DNA of 20,508 bases, taken from Archangiaceae bacterium (lineage in GTDB: Bacteria; Myxococcota; Myxococcia; Myxococcales; Myxococcaceae). This document shows, one piece after another, positions 8,975-17,192 of this stretch. The notes under the pieces were generated by a model. The model did no database searches. It was not told where the DNA came from and saw only the letters and a list, made by a program, of their open reading frames with translations. A program made the translations under genes and the position numbers. The DNA is taken from contig JAYVCD010000024.1 in the NCBI GenBank assembly GCA_043750125.1, positions 1-20,508 of the forward strand. The letters run 5' to 3'. Position 1 is the first letter of the stretch. Every line of letters begins with the position of its first letter.

Positions 8975-10122
8975 TGGCGCGCGGCCTGCTGCTGGCGGTC
9001 GTCTGGCTCAGCTCGACCGGCTGCTTCAGCGCCCGCTATCTGCTGCAGGCGGCCGGAGGGCAGTACGAGCTGCTTCACGTGGCGCGGCCGATTTCCAAAG
9101 TGCAGCTCGACCCGAAGGTCGCTCCGCGAACCCGACACCTGCTGGGGCAGGTTGCAGCGATCAAGAGCTGGGGCCAGACGCGCGGTCTGAAGCCGACGAA
9201 GAACTATGATCGCTACGCGGATCTTCACCGCTCGGCCGCGGTGTGGGTCGTGCAAGCGTGCCAGCCGCTGGCGTTCAACGTCCGGCGCTGGCAGTTCCCG
9301 ATCGTGGGCAGCGTGCCCTACCTCGGCTTTTTCCGTGAGGCCCCCGCGCGTGCTTATGCCGAGCAGCTGGCCCGGGACGAGGGGTTGGACACGGCGGTCA
9401 GAACCGCGTCAGCGTATTCCACGCTGGGCTGGTTCCGCGACCCGGTGCTGTCGACGATGATCTCGGAAGGCGACGAGGCCCTGGGAGATTTGGCCAACGT
9501 CATCCTCCACGAAAGCGTTCACGCGACCTTCTACCTGCCCAACCAATCGGCGTTCAACGAGAGCGCCGCCAGCTTCGTTGCCGATGGGCTGACCCTCGAG
9601 TTGCTCGACGAGACGTTTGGCAAAGGATCCTGGCTGGCGAAGGCATGGGCGAAGGACCAGCGCCGCGGCAAAGAGAGCACGAAAAGGCTTCACCAGACCT
9701 ACGAAGAGCTCGATGCGCTGTACCGGGGCGACCTTTCCGACGCGCAAAAGTTAATCGAGAAGGCCCGCATCCTTCTGGCCGTGCAGCGAGAGCTCGGCTT
9801 CCGGCGCCCCCTGAACAACGCGTTGCTTTCCGGAAGCAGGACCTACGACAGCAGCACCGAGGGCTTCGAACGGCTTTCGAAGAGCTGCGAGAGCTGGCCT
9901 CGATTGCTCGCGGCCTTCAGCACTCTGAAAGAATCAGACTTTTCCCACCCGCAGCAGGAAAACTTCGACCCCGTTCTCGATGCGTTGGCCCGGCGCGCCT
10001 GTCCCCCGGTCGAGGGCGGATCAACGCCAGCGCTAACGTCTCGAGCCGCTAAGCGCCTGGGACAAAGGGCTTGCCGTAGCATGGCCGGCGTTCGTCGATC
10101 GCCTCGCGGGCTTCAATGGTAA
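8974..10122 (+). CDS. Putative zinc aminopeptidase-family lipoprotein
   Basis: Lipobox-like LSSTG-C; YLLQAAGGQ, WQFPIVGSVPYLGFF, AYSTLGWFRDP, zinc motif HESVH followed by FNESAASFV; 1-nt TGATG overlap with the upstream gene. Confidence 0.85.
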   Translation: MARGLLLAVVWLSSTGCFSARYLLQAAGGQYELLHVARPISKVQLDPKVAPRTRHLLGQVAAIKSWGQTRGLKPTKNYDRYADLHRSAAVWVVQACQPLAFNVRRWQFPIVGSVPYLGFFREAPARAYAEQLARDEGLDTAVRTASAYSTLGWFRDPVLSTMISEGDEALGDLANVILHESVHATFYLPNQSAFNESAASFVADGLTLELLDETFGKGSWLAKAWAKDQRRGKESTKRLHQTYEELDALYRGDLSDAQKLIEKARILLAVQRELGFRRPLNNALLSGSRTYDSSTEGFERLSKSCESWPRLLAAFSTLKESDFSHPQQENFDPVLDALARRACPPVEGGSTPALTSRAAKRLGQRACRSMAGVRRSPRGLQW

Positions 10123-10132
10123 GCGGTACCGG

Positions 10133-12085
10133 ATGAGCGCCCCGGTTCAAGGCCCCCTCGTAGAACCTGCCCCAGCCCCATTGGCGGAAGGCCACGCGGC
10201 CTCGAGCAAAGTGAAGCTTCGGATCCTGGTGGTCGGGGCGCTGGGGATCGTGTTTGGCGACATCGGAACCAGCCCGCTCTACGCGATCAAAGAGTGCTTC
10301 AAGATGAAGGACGGGGTGGTCACCCCCCATGCAGTGGCCGTCACGCCTGACAACGTGCTCGGCGTGCTGTCGCTGGTCTTCTGGAGCCTCACGATCGTCG
10401 TGGCGGTGAAGTACCTCGGCTTCATCATGAAGGCCGACAACAAGGGCGAGGGCGGGATCTTCGCGTTGCTGGCGCTGATTCCCCAGAAGCTCGACGAGGG
10501 CAGCAAAGGAATGCGCAACGCGGTCGTGCTCGCGGCGCTGTTCGGTGCAGCCCTGCTCTACGGGGACGGAGTCATCACCCCGGCCATCTCCGTGCTCTCG
10601 GCCGTCGAAGGACTCGAGCTTGCGACCGAAGCGGCCAAGCCGTTGATCGTCCCGATCACGGTCGGCATTCTCCTGGCGCTCTTTTACGTCCAGCGGCGAG
10701 GCACGGCAGGCATTGGCGCGATCTTCGGGCCGGTCACCCTGATCTGGTTTCTCGCGATCGCGGTCCTCGGAATCCGCTTCATCATCGAGGAACCCGGGGT
10801 CTTGGCGGCGATCAACCCGATGCACGCGGTGAGCTTCTTCATCGAGAACGAAGGTCGCGCGTTTGGGGTGCTCGGCAGCGTGGTGCTGTGCATCACGGGC
10901 GGCGAAGCGCTCTACGCCGACATGGGTCACTTCGGCACCCGGCCGATTCGCATCGGCTGGTACACGATCGTCTTCCCTTCCCTGCTGCTCAATTATTTTG
11001 GCCAGGGCGCCTACCTGCTCGAGAAGGGGTACCACGCACGCCCGTTTTGGGCGCTGGTGCCTGAGCCGCTGCTCTACCCCATGGTGATCCTCGCCACCGC
11101 CGCGACGGTGATCGCCAGCCAGGCGCTGATCTCCGGAGCGTTCTCGTTGACCCGCCAGGCCGTTCAGCTGGGTTACTTCCCGCGCGTCACCATCATCCAC
11201 ACCTCGTCGAAGAACGAAGGGCAGATCTACATTCCGGAAATCAATCAGGCCCTGGCGATCGCCTGCGTGCTGTTGGTGATTGCGTTCAAGGAATCCGACG
11301 CGCTGGCTGCGGCCTATGGCATCGCGGTCACCGGCACGATGGGGATCACCTCGATCGTCTACTACTTCGTGGTCACGCGCCGATGGGGCTGGAGCCCCTG
11401 GAAGGCACTGCCGTTGGTGGCGTTGTTTCTCTCCTTCGACGTCGCGTTCTTCGGCGCCAACCTGCTCAAGTTTTTCGATGGCGGCTGGTTTCCGATCGCG
11501 CTCGCGGTTTCGATTTTTGCGCTGATGACGACCTGGAAGCTCGGGCGCCAGCTGCTCGGAGCACGGTTTGCCCAGACGCTGGTTCCGCTCGATCACCTGC
11601 TCGAGGACTTCGCGGCCAACCCTCCGCACCGGGTCCGCGGCACGGCGATCTTCATGTCGGGCTCGTCGGAAGGAACGCCTCCGGTGTTGCTGCATCACCT
11701 CAAGCACAACCAGGTGCTGCATCGCCAGGTGGTGCTGCTGTCGATCCTCGCCGCCGACATGCCGACCGTGCCGAAGGAAGATCGACTGGTGGTGCAGGAT
11801 TGCGGACAGGGCTTCTTCCGGATCATCGCGAAGTTTGGATTCATGGAGACCCCGAATGTCCCGGCGCTGTTGTTGCGCGCGCGTGATGAAGGGCTGGTCT
11901 GCGAGCCCTCGACGACGAGCTACTACCTGGGTCGCGAGACGCTGCTGACTTCTGGCAAATCGAAGATGAGCCGGTGGCGCAAGGCGCTGTTCTCTTTCGT
12001 CTCGCGAAACGCACTTCCTGCAACGTCGTATTTCGGCATTCCTCCCGGGCGGGTGGTCGAGCTCGGGATGCAGGTCGACCTCTAA
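10133..12085 (+). CDS. kup: KUP/HAK/KT family potassium transporter
   Basis: ALGIVFGDIGTSPLYA, ADNKGEGGIFAL, GDGVITPAISVLSAVEG, GGEALYADMGHF, SQALISGAFSL, GQIYIP, C-terminal RVVELGMQV. Confidence 0.97.
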   Translation: MSAPVQGPLVEPAPAPLAEGHAASSKVKLRILVVGALGIVFGDIGTSPLYAIKECFKMKDGVVTPHAVAVTPDNVLGVLSLVFWSLTIVVAVKYLGFIMKADNKGEGGIFALLALIPQKLDEGSKGMRNAVVLAALFGAALLYGDGVITPAISVLSAVEGLELATEAAKPLIVPITVGILLALFYVQRRGTAGIGAIFGPVTLIWFLAIAVLGIRFIIEEPGVLAAINPMHAVSFFIENEGRAFGVLGSVVLCITGGEALYADMGHFGTRPIRIGWYTIVFPSLLLNYFGQGAYLLEKGYHARPFWALVPEPLLYPMVILATAATVIASQALISGAFSLTRQAVQLGYFPRVTIIHTSSKNEGQIYIPEINQALAIACVLLVIAFKESDALAAAYGIAVTGTMGITSIVYYFVVTRRWGWSPWKALPLVALFLSFDVAFFGANLLKFFDGGWFPIALAVSIFALMTTWKLGRQLLGARFAQTLVPLDHLLEDFAANPPHRVRGTAIFMSGSSEGTPPVLLHHLKHNQVLHRQVVLLSILAADMPTVPKEDRLVVQDCGQGFFRIIAKFGFMETPNVPALLLRARDEGLVCEPSTTSYYLGRETLLTSGKSKMSRWRKALFSFVSRNALPATSYFGIPPGRVVELGMQVDL

Positions 12086-12140
12086 GTCCCATCGAGACGT
12101 GCGGCTCGGAGCGGAAGTTAGGTCAGCTTCAGCGCTCCAC

Positions 12141-12355
12141 ACGAGCACTGCAACCGGTCAAACGTCTTTGACCGCCTTCGGCAAATCGTTCTCGGGCTAC
12201 CCGACGGTGCGCTACGGGGTGTTCCTGGTCGTCGGAGCCCACTCCACCAACGACACGCTCGCCCAGGTCACCCAGGTGGAATCTCGTCGCCCGCGCTCAG
12301 CCAGGTGACGCTCAACGGAAAGGTCACCGGCCCCGTTTCACTTCACATTCAATGA
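12141..12355 (+). pseudogene. Probable relic of the 3' end of a deleted gene (two frames)
   Basis: Coding-like high-GC3 run (TAFGKSFSGYPTVRYGVFLVVGAHSTNDTLAQVTQVE), then a frame change near 12281 to PALSQVTLNGKVTGPVSLHIQ-stop (TGA 12353-12355), 1 nt from the convergent gene's stop; no convincing start or RBS. Confidence 0.45.
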
Positions 12356-12356
12356 A

Positions 12357-13232
12357 TCAGAAGGTGAGCGCGAGACCGACGTTCGGCTGAATCGTCGCCC
12401 CACCCAGGGTGCGCTTCTTCCCAAACAGCGTCGGGCTCGCCTCGGTGTTCCCCACGGTGAGTTCGATCAGACCACTCACCCGCCAGCCGCCAAACCGCAG
12501 CCCGAGGGTCGCCCCGTAGAACATCATGTCCACCTTCGCCTGGGTGCTGCTCTCTGGCTGGGTGCCCTCGGTGCAGTCGCACGGCTTGGCGAGGAAGGTC
12601 TGGCGCATCGTGGTGCGGCTGTAGAGGAACTTGGGAACGAAATAGACCCCGATGTGCGAGTTCCAGTCGGCGTTGAAATAGACGGGAACTTCGAGATCCC
12701 ACCGGTTGAACTCATCGAGGCGCACTCCGCCGAAGGCCCCGTCAATCTGGCTGCCGAGCATGTACTTCGAGAGCCCCACTCCGATCGCCACGTCGTAGGA
12801 ACGTCCCCGCGGCTCGTCCCAATCTTCCGAGTCTCCGCTGTGATGCACCCGCAACTTGGCGTCCGCGCGCATCGAATTGATGCTGTAGCGGAAGCCCACA
12901 TCGAGGTTCCGGATGATCCCCACCCGACCGTTGATCTCCCACACCGACGACGGAGGGAACATCGCCAGCGCGATCGCGGCGGTGCCAATCGCCTCTTTGT
13001 CGTCTCCGGTCAAAACGTAGGGGCGGTCGTTGGCATTGGCCATCGCGGTCCTCGCGCCAATGCGAATTCCTTCCGCGGCACTGTTGACCAGCTGACCTGC
13101 GGGAACGTGCACCCCGAACCCTCCCGTGATGCGCACCTGCCCGGGATTCAAGGTCTTGGCGGTCTGCAGCGACGACAAGTTGGTCGCACAACCCGCGAAT
13201 ATCGGCAGCAGACAGACGAGGATTTGTTTCAT
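12357..13232 (-). CDS. Hypothetical lipoprotein with outer-membrane beta-barrel-like C-terminal region
   Basis: ATG 13232 gives MKQILVCLLPIFAG-C (lipobox); many alternating amphipathic strands (LDVGFRY, YDVAIGVG, YGATLGLRFG); ends in VGLALTF with a terminal Phe. Confidence 0.7.
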   Translation of the reverse strand: MKQILVCLLPIFAGCATNLSSLQTAKTLNPGQVRITGGFGVHVPAGQLVNSAAEGIRIGARTAMANANDRPYVLTGDDKEAIGTAAIALAMFPPSSVWEINGRVGIIRNLDVGFRYSINSMRADAKLRVHHSGDSEDWDEPRGRSYDVAIGVGLSKYMLGSQIDGAFGGVRLDEFNRWDLEVPVYFNADWNSHIGVYFVPKFLYSRTTMRQTFLAKPCDCTEGTQPESSTQAKVDMMFYGATLGLRFGGWRVSGLIELTVGNTEASPTLFGKKRTLGGATIQPNVGLALTF

Positions 13233-13345
13233 GAAGAGTAGGTTGCCGCTCGAATCTGGAGCGATCACCGCCCCCTGCTCTTTTCCGAAACGAACTGCTC
13301 TTTAATCAGCGACCCGTTGAAGCCGGGCGGCGGAGTCTTCGAGCC

Positions 13346-14521
13346 TCAGCCGACGTTTGAAGAAGCCACCTGGGAGTGGCGCTGAAGCCAGAGCTCGAAC
13401 GTCGTCCCCACGCCCACCGTCGACTGGAGCGTGATTTCACCGCCCATCGCGTGAATCAGGTCACGGCAGATCGCCAGGCCCAGGCCCGTTCCCACCCCAA
13501 CCGGGCGGGTCGTGAACAGTGGCTCGAACACTTTCTGATGCAGCTCGCGCGGAATTCCGGCGCCGTTGTCTTTCACCCAGACCCGAATGCCCTTGTCGCC
13601 GGTGTCTTCCCAACCCACTTCGATCGCGCCCTTGCGACCGATGCCGTCCATCGCTTGCGCGGCGTTGACGATCAAATTCAGCAGCACCTGGGTGAGCTTC
13701 ACCTGGCCTCCGCGAACCTGAATCGGAGCGCCATTGAGGGTCATCTCGGCGCGGGTACGCACTTCAGCCCGGGCGATGCGCGCGGCGAACTGAGCGACCT
13801 CGGCCAGATCGCTGTGGTCCTCTTTGTCTTCCCCGCGGGCCTGGGTGCGGATCCCCAGCGCGAGCTGGCGAATCAGCTGGGCGCCTTTTTCGATGTCATC
13901 CAGAAGGCTCGGCATGTCGTCGAGCGAGGCGCCGACCTGCGCGTTGGGCGCGGTCAGCAGTTGAGCGCGGGCACAATTCGCAATTTCGATCATCTCGCCG
14001 CGCAGCGTCGAAACATTCTGGGTGAGGTACGAGACGGGGTTCATCAGCTCATGGGCAATTCCCGCCGAGACCTGCCCGATCGCGGCCAGACGTTCCGAGC
14101 CGAGCATCCGCAATTGAACTTCGCGGACCTTGGTCTGCAGCTCGTAGATCTTCAGCGCATCCTCGAGAGCAGCCGACAGCTCTTCTCGCACCCACGGCTT
14201 GACGAAGTAGCGCGAGACCTGCCCGCGGTTGACCGAGGCGACCACCGCCTGCATGTCTGAATAGGCGGTGATGATCATCCGCTGAATGTCGGGGAAGTCC
14301 TGGCGCACTTTTTCGAGCAGCTCGACGCCGCTCATCACCGGCATGCGCTGGTCGGTGATCAACACTCCGATGTCCGACCGGTTGCGCAGCACCTCGAGCG
14401 CGGCGGGGCCGCCCTGGCAGGTGATGACATTGAAGCGCATCTTGAAGCTGGCTTCGAAGACCTTGAGGTTGATCGGCTCGTCGTCGACGTAAACGACCGT
14501 GGGCCGATCAGTGGCTGGCAT
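13346..14521 (-). CDS. Hybrid response regulator-histidine kinase (REC-HisKA-HATPase)
   Basis: REC: VYVDDEP, LITDQRMP, IITAY, FVKPW; H-box GIAHELMNP; N-box LNLIVNAAQA; DNGAGI, FEPLFTT, GTGLGL. Start ATG 14521 has a GGAGAGG RBS and overlaps the upstream gene by 14 nt. Confidence 0.93.
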   Translation of the reverse strand: MPATDRPTVVYVDDEPINLKVFEASFKMRFNVITCQGGPAALEVLRNRSDIGVLITDQRMPVMSGVELLEKVRQDFPDIQRMIITAYSDMQAVVASVNRGQVSRYFVKPWVREELSAALEDALKIYELQTKVREVQLRMLGSERLAAIGQVSAGIAHELMNPVSYLTQNVSTLRGEMIEIANCARAQLLTAPNAQVGASLDDMPSLLDDIEKGAQLIRQLALGIRTQARGEDKEDHSDLAEVAQFAARIARAEVRTRAEMTLNGAPIQVRGGQVKLTQVLLNLIVNAAQAMDGIGRKGAIEVGWEDTGDKGIRVWVKDNGAGIPRELHQKVFEPLFTTRPVGVGTGLGLAICRDLIHAMGGEITLQSTVGVGTTFELWLQRHSQVASSNVG

Positions 14522-17192
14522 GATCCTCTCCCTGCTGCGGTTTGGCGTGCGGCAGTTTGACGGTGAACCGGGCGCCCAGACCGACCGTCGAGTCGACCGA
14601 GATCTGCCCTCCGTGCTTCTCGACGATCTCCCGGACGATGGCGAGGCCCAGCCCGGTGCCACTGCCCACGTCCTTGGTGGTGAAGAACGGGTCCCAGATG
14701 CGCTTGAGCACCCTGGGTTCGATGCCTGCGCCGTTGTCGCTCACTTCGACGGTAGCGTGGCCGTTGACGCGGCTGACTTTGACCCGCACCGCCCCCGACG
14801 GAGAAGCGGCCTGAATGGCGTTGTCGATCAGGTTGACCCAGACCTGGTGCAGGGCACCGGCTTCTCCGACGACGTTGACCGATTCGGTCGAAATGAGCTC
14901 AGAGATGAGCTCGACTCCCGTTCCCACTTTGTGAGACAGCAACTGCAGAGCCAGGCCGACGTTCTCGCTCAGGTTCACATCGCCGCGGGTGCCTTCCCCC
15001 GACCGACCCTGCTTGAGCAGTTGGTCCGAAATGTACTCGACCCGTTTGCTGCTCTGAATGGCGAGATCGATGAGCTCGATCATTTCGGGCGAGGCGCTGG
15101 GCATCAGCTCTTTGAGCGGCTCCAGCGCATTGATGATCCCGTTGAGCGGGTTGCGGATTTCGTGCGCCACTCCGGCGACGACCGCACCCAGGGCCGCCAA
15201 TTTTTCGCGCTGCGCCATCTGCGTCGCGAGCTTGCGCAGCCGAAGCTGCGAGTTGAGCCGGGCGCGCAGTTCCTCGAGATGAAACGGCTTCATCAAGTAG
15301 TCATCAGCACCCTTCTCGAAGCCATTGAGTCGGGTGTCGATCTCCGCGCGGGCAGTGAGCAGCACGAAGGGAATGTTGGAGAGAGCGGAATCGCCCTTGA
15401 TCGCCGCGCAGAGCTCGAGGCCATCCATCTCGGGCATCATCAAGTCCGAAAGGACGACGTCGGGCTGGTGTTGACGGATGAGCCGCAGCGCCTGAGCCCC
15501 ATCGCCGGCCTCGATGACCCGGAAGGTGAGCGCGAGATTCTTGACGATGAACCCCCGCAAGGCCTCGTTGTCTTCAGCGACGAGGAGAGTCGGCAGATCG
15601 CGATTGTCGTCTTCGGCGACGGCAAGCGGCGAGGCGGCGGCGGAATTCTCGCGATGAGAGGCCGCATCGAAGAGGACCAGCTCGGCCGCCGACGGCTTGA
15701 GCGCGACCGGCTTGGCGAGGGGGTCCAGGTGGCCAACGGGCAGCTGGACGGTGAAGCGCACCCACGCGCCGAGCTTCGATTCGGCATCGATGGTTCCGCC
15801 GTGGAGCTCGACCAGCTCACGCACGACCGGAAGCCCCAGACCGGTGGACCCGAAGCGTCGAGAACGGCTGCGGGTCGACTGGGTAAACCGACCGAACAAC
15901 GTGGGCAGTTCCTCGGCGGGCATTCCCTCGCCTGAGTTCTGAATCGAGAAGAACGGCCCTAGGTCGTTTTTGCCCGCTCGGACCTCGATCGTGCCGCCAT
16001 CGGGTGTGAACTTGATCGCGTTGGACATCAGGTTGAGAGCGACCTGCTCGAGGCGCTCGCCGTCAGCAGCGAGGGGAAGGCTCCCTTCCATCACCGTCGT
16101 GAGGGTGATCTTGCGAGCGCGCAAAGCAGGTCCCCAGGAACGAAGGATCTCGGTGAGCAGACGCACCAGGTCGACCGAGCCCATCGTGAGCGTCATCTTG
16201 CCGGCCTCGATCTTCGACAGGTCGAGCACGTCGTTGACCAGCTTCAGCAGCTTGTAGCCGCTGCGGGCCACCGCGTTGATTTCAGACGCCGCGTCGGGGG
16301 GGAGCCCCTTCGAGGCGGCCAGAACTTCGAGTGGGCCGAGCATCAATGTGAGCGGGGTGCGCAGCTCGTGTGAGGCGTTTCCGAAGAATTCTGTCTTCAA
16401 ACGATCAGCTTCCTTCAGCTGTTGCAGTGATTGTTCGAGCTGCCCAGTGCGTTCGGTGACTCTCTGCTCGAGCGTGCTGTTGGCAGACAGGAGCAAGACG
16501 TTCTTTGCTGCGAGCTCGGCCTGAGCAACTTCCAATTCGATGAAGTTTTGCTGAAGGCCTTCGTGAGCGGATTTGAGTTCACGTGCCGTTGCCAGCATCG
16601 TGAACGGCGCGAGGAATGCTCGGCGAAAGCGCATCCACCAACCACCACCGGGCGGTACGGAGACCAGATAGTGCGCCCCATTGTTTTCAGTGATCATCTC
16701 CACGGACGCTGCAGGAAGACCAAGGACGCGGGGCATCTCAATGTAGTTTCCCTTGCACATCAAAAAGAATTCGCGCGGGCGCTCGAAGCCTGGCAGCAGA
16801 TTCATCCCCAACCTCAACCGCAGCGGGCCGAGCTCTTCGAAAGCTGTTTCGACGCATGTAAATGCATCCTTGCCCGGGCCACTGCTGGTCTGTTCAAAAA
16901 TCCATCGATAAAAATCTGTCGCGGTAAAAAGTGTCCGCGCAACCAGAGACATGTAACGAAGGAATGGATTTCGAAAGGTTTCGCGACCCAAGTCCACCAG
17001 TTCTTCATCACTAAGGTGCTGCCCGGTATTGCGAAGAATTGTACAAAACGCTTCCCAGCCAATTCGCTCTTTTCTGTTTTTTAAATGAGCAACCGAAAAT
17101 CCGGTACCTTCGGACAAAAGCTCGGGCGCCAGGGATCGTCGCGCGAAGGCCACGAAAAACATTGGCAGCATTCGACAAGAAACTTCCTTCAT
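14508..17192 (-). CDS. Soluble hybrid sensor kinase with two kinase cores (input domain-HisKA-HATPase-REC-HisKA-HATPase)
   Basis: H-box 1 NASHELRTPL, NLMSNAIKF, GSTGLGL; REC LLVAEDN/LSDLMMPEMDG/LLTA/MKPF; H-box 2 VAHEIRNPL, NLIDNAIQA, DNGAGI, DPFFTTK, GTGLGL. Start ATG 17192 overlaps the KAS III stop (ATGA). Confidence 0.92.
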   Translation of the reverse strand: MKEVSCRMLPMFFVAFARRSLAPELLSEGTGFSVAHLKNRKERIGWEAFCTILRNTGQHLSDEELVDLGRETFRNPFLRYMSLVARTLFTATDFYRWIFEQTSSGPGKDAFTCVETAFEELGPLRLRLGMNLLPGFERPREFFLMCKGNYIEMPRVLGLPAASVEMITENNGAHYLVSVPPGGGWWMRFRRAFLAPFTMLATARELKSAHEGLQQNFIELEVAQAELAAKNVLLLSANSTLEQRVTERTGQLEQSLQQLKEADRLKTEFFGNASHELRTPLTLMLGPLEVLAASKGLPPDAASEINAVARSGYKLLKLVNDVLDLSKIEAGKMTLTMGSVDLVRLLTEILRSWGPALRARKITLTTVMEGSLPLAADGERLEQVALNLMSNAIKFTPDGGTIEVRAGKNDLGPFFSIQNSGEGMPAEELPTLFGRFTQSTRSRSRRFGSTGLGLPVVRELVELHGGTIDAESKLGAWVRFTVQLPVGHLDPLAKPVALKPSAAELVLFDAASHRENSAAASPLAVAEDDNRDLPTLLVAEDNEALRGFIVKNLALTFRVIEAGDGAQALRLIRQHQPDVVLSDLMMPEMDGLELCAAIKGDSALSNIPFVLLTARAEIDTRLNGFEKGADDYLMKPFHLEELRARLNSQLRLRKLATQMAQREKLAALGAVVAGVAHEIRNPLNGIINALEPLKELMPSASPEMIELIDLAIQSSKRVEYISDQLLKQGRSGEGTRGDVNLSENVGLALQLLSHKVGTGVELISELISTESVNVVGEAGALHQVWVNLIDNAIQAASPSGAVRVKVSRVNGHATVEVSDNGAGIEPRVLKRIWDPFFTTKDVGSGTGLGLAIVREIVEKHGGQISVDSTVGLGARFTVKLPHAKPQQGEDHASH

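Noticed and set aside
10000-10122. Basic, low-complexity C-terminal tail of the aminopeptidase as a separate feature
   Set aside because: May be read-through from a lost stop codon, but this cannot be supported without homologue alignment.
10049-12148. 699-aa minus-strand ORF
   Set aside because: Antisense shadow of kup in high-GC DNA; no recognisable motifs.
14499-15935. 478-aa plus-strand ORF (also 13376-14260 and 4546-5850)
   Set aside because: Antisense to well-supported kinase or vWA genes.
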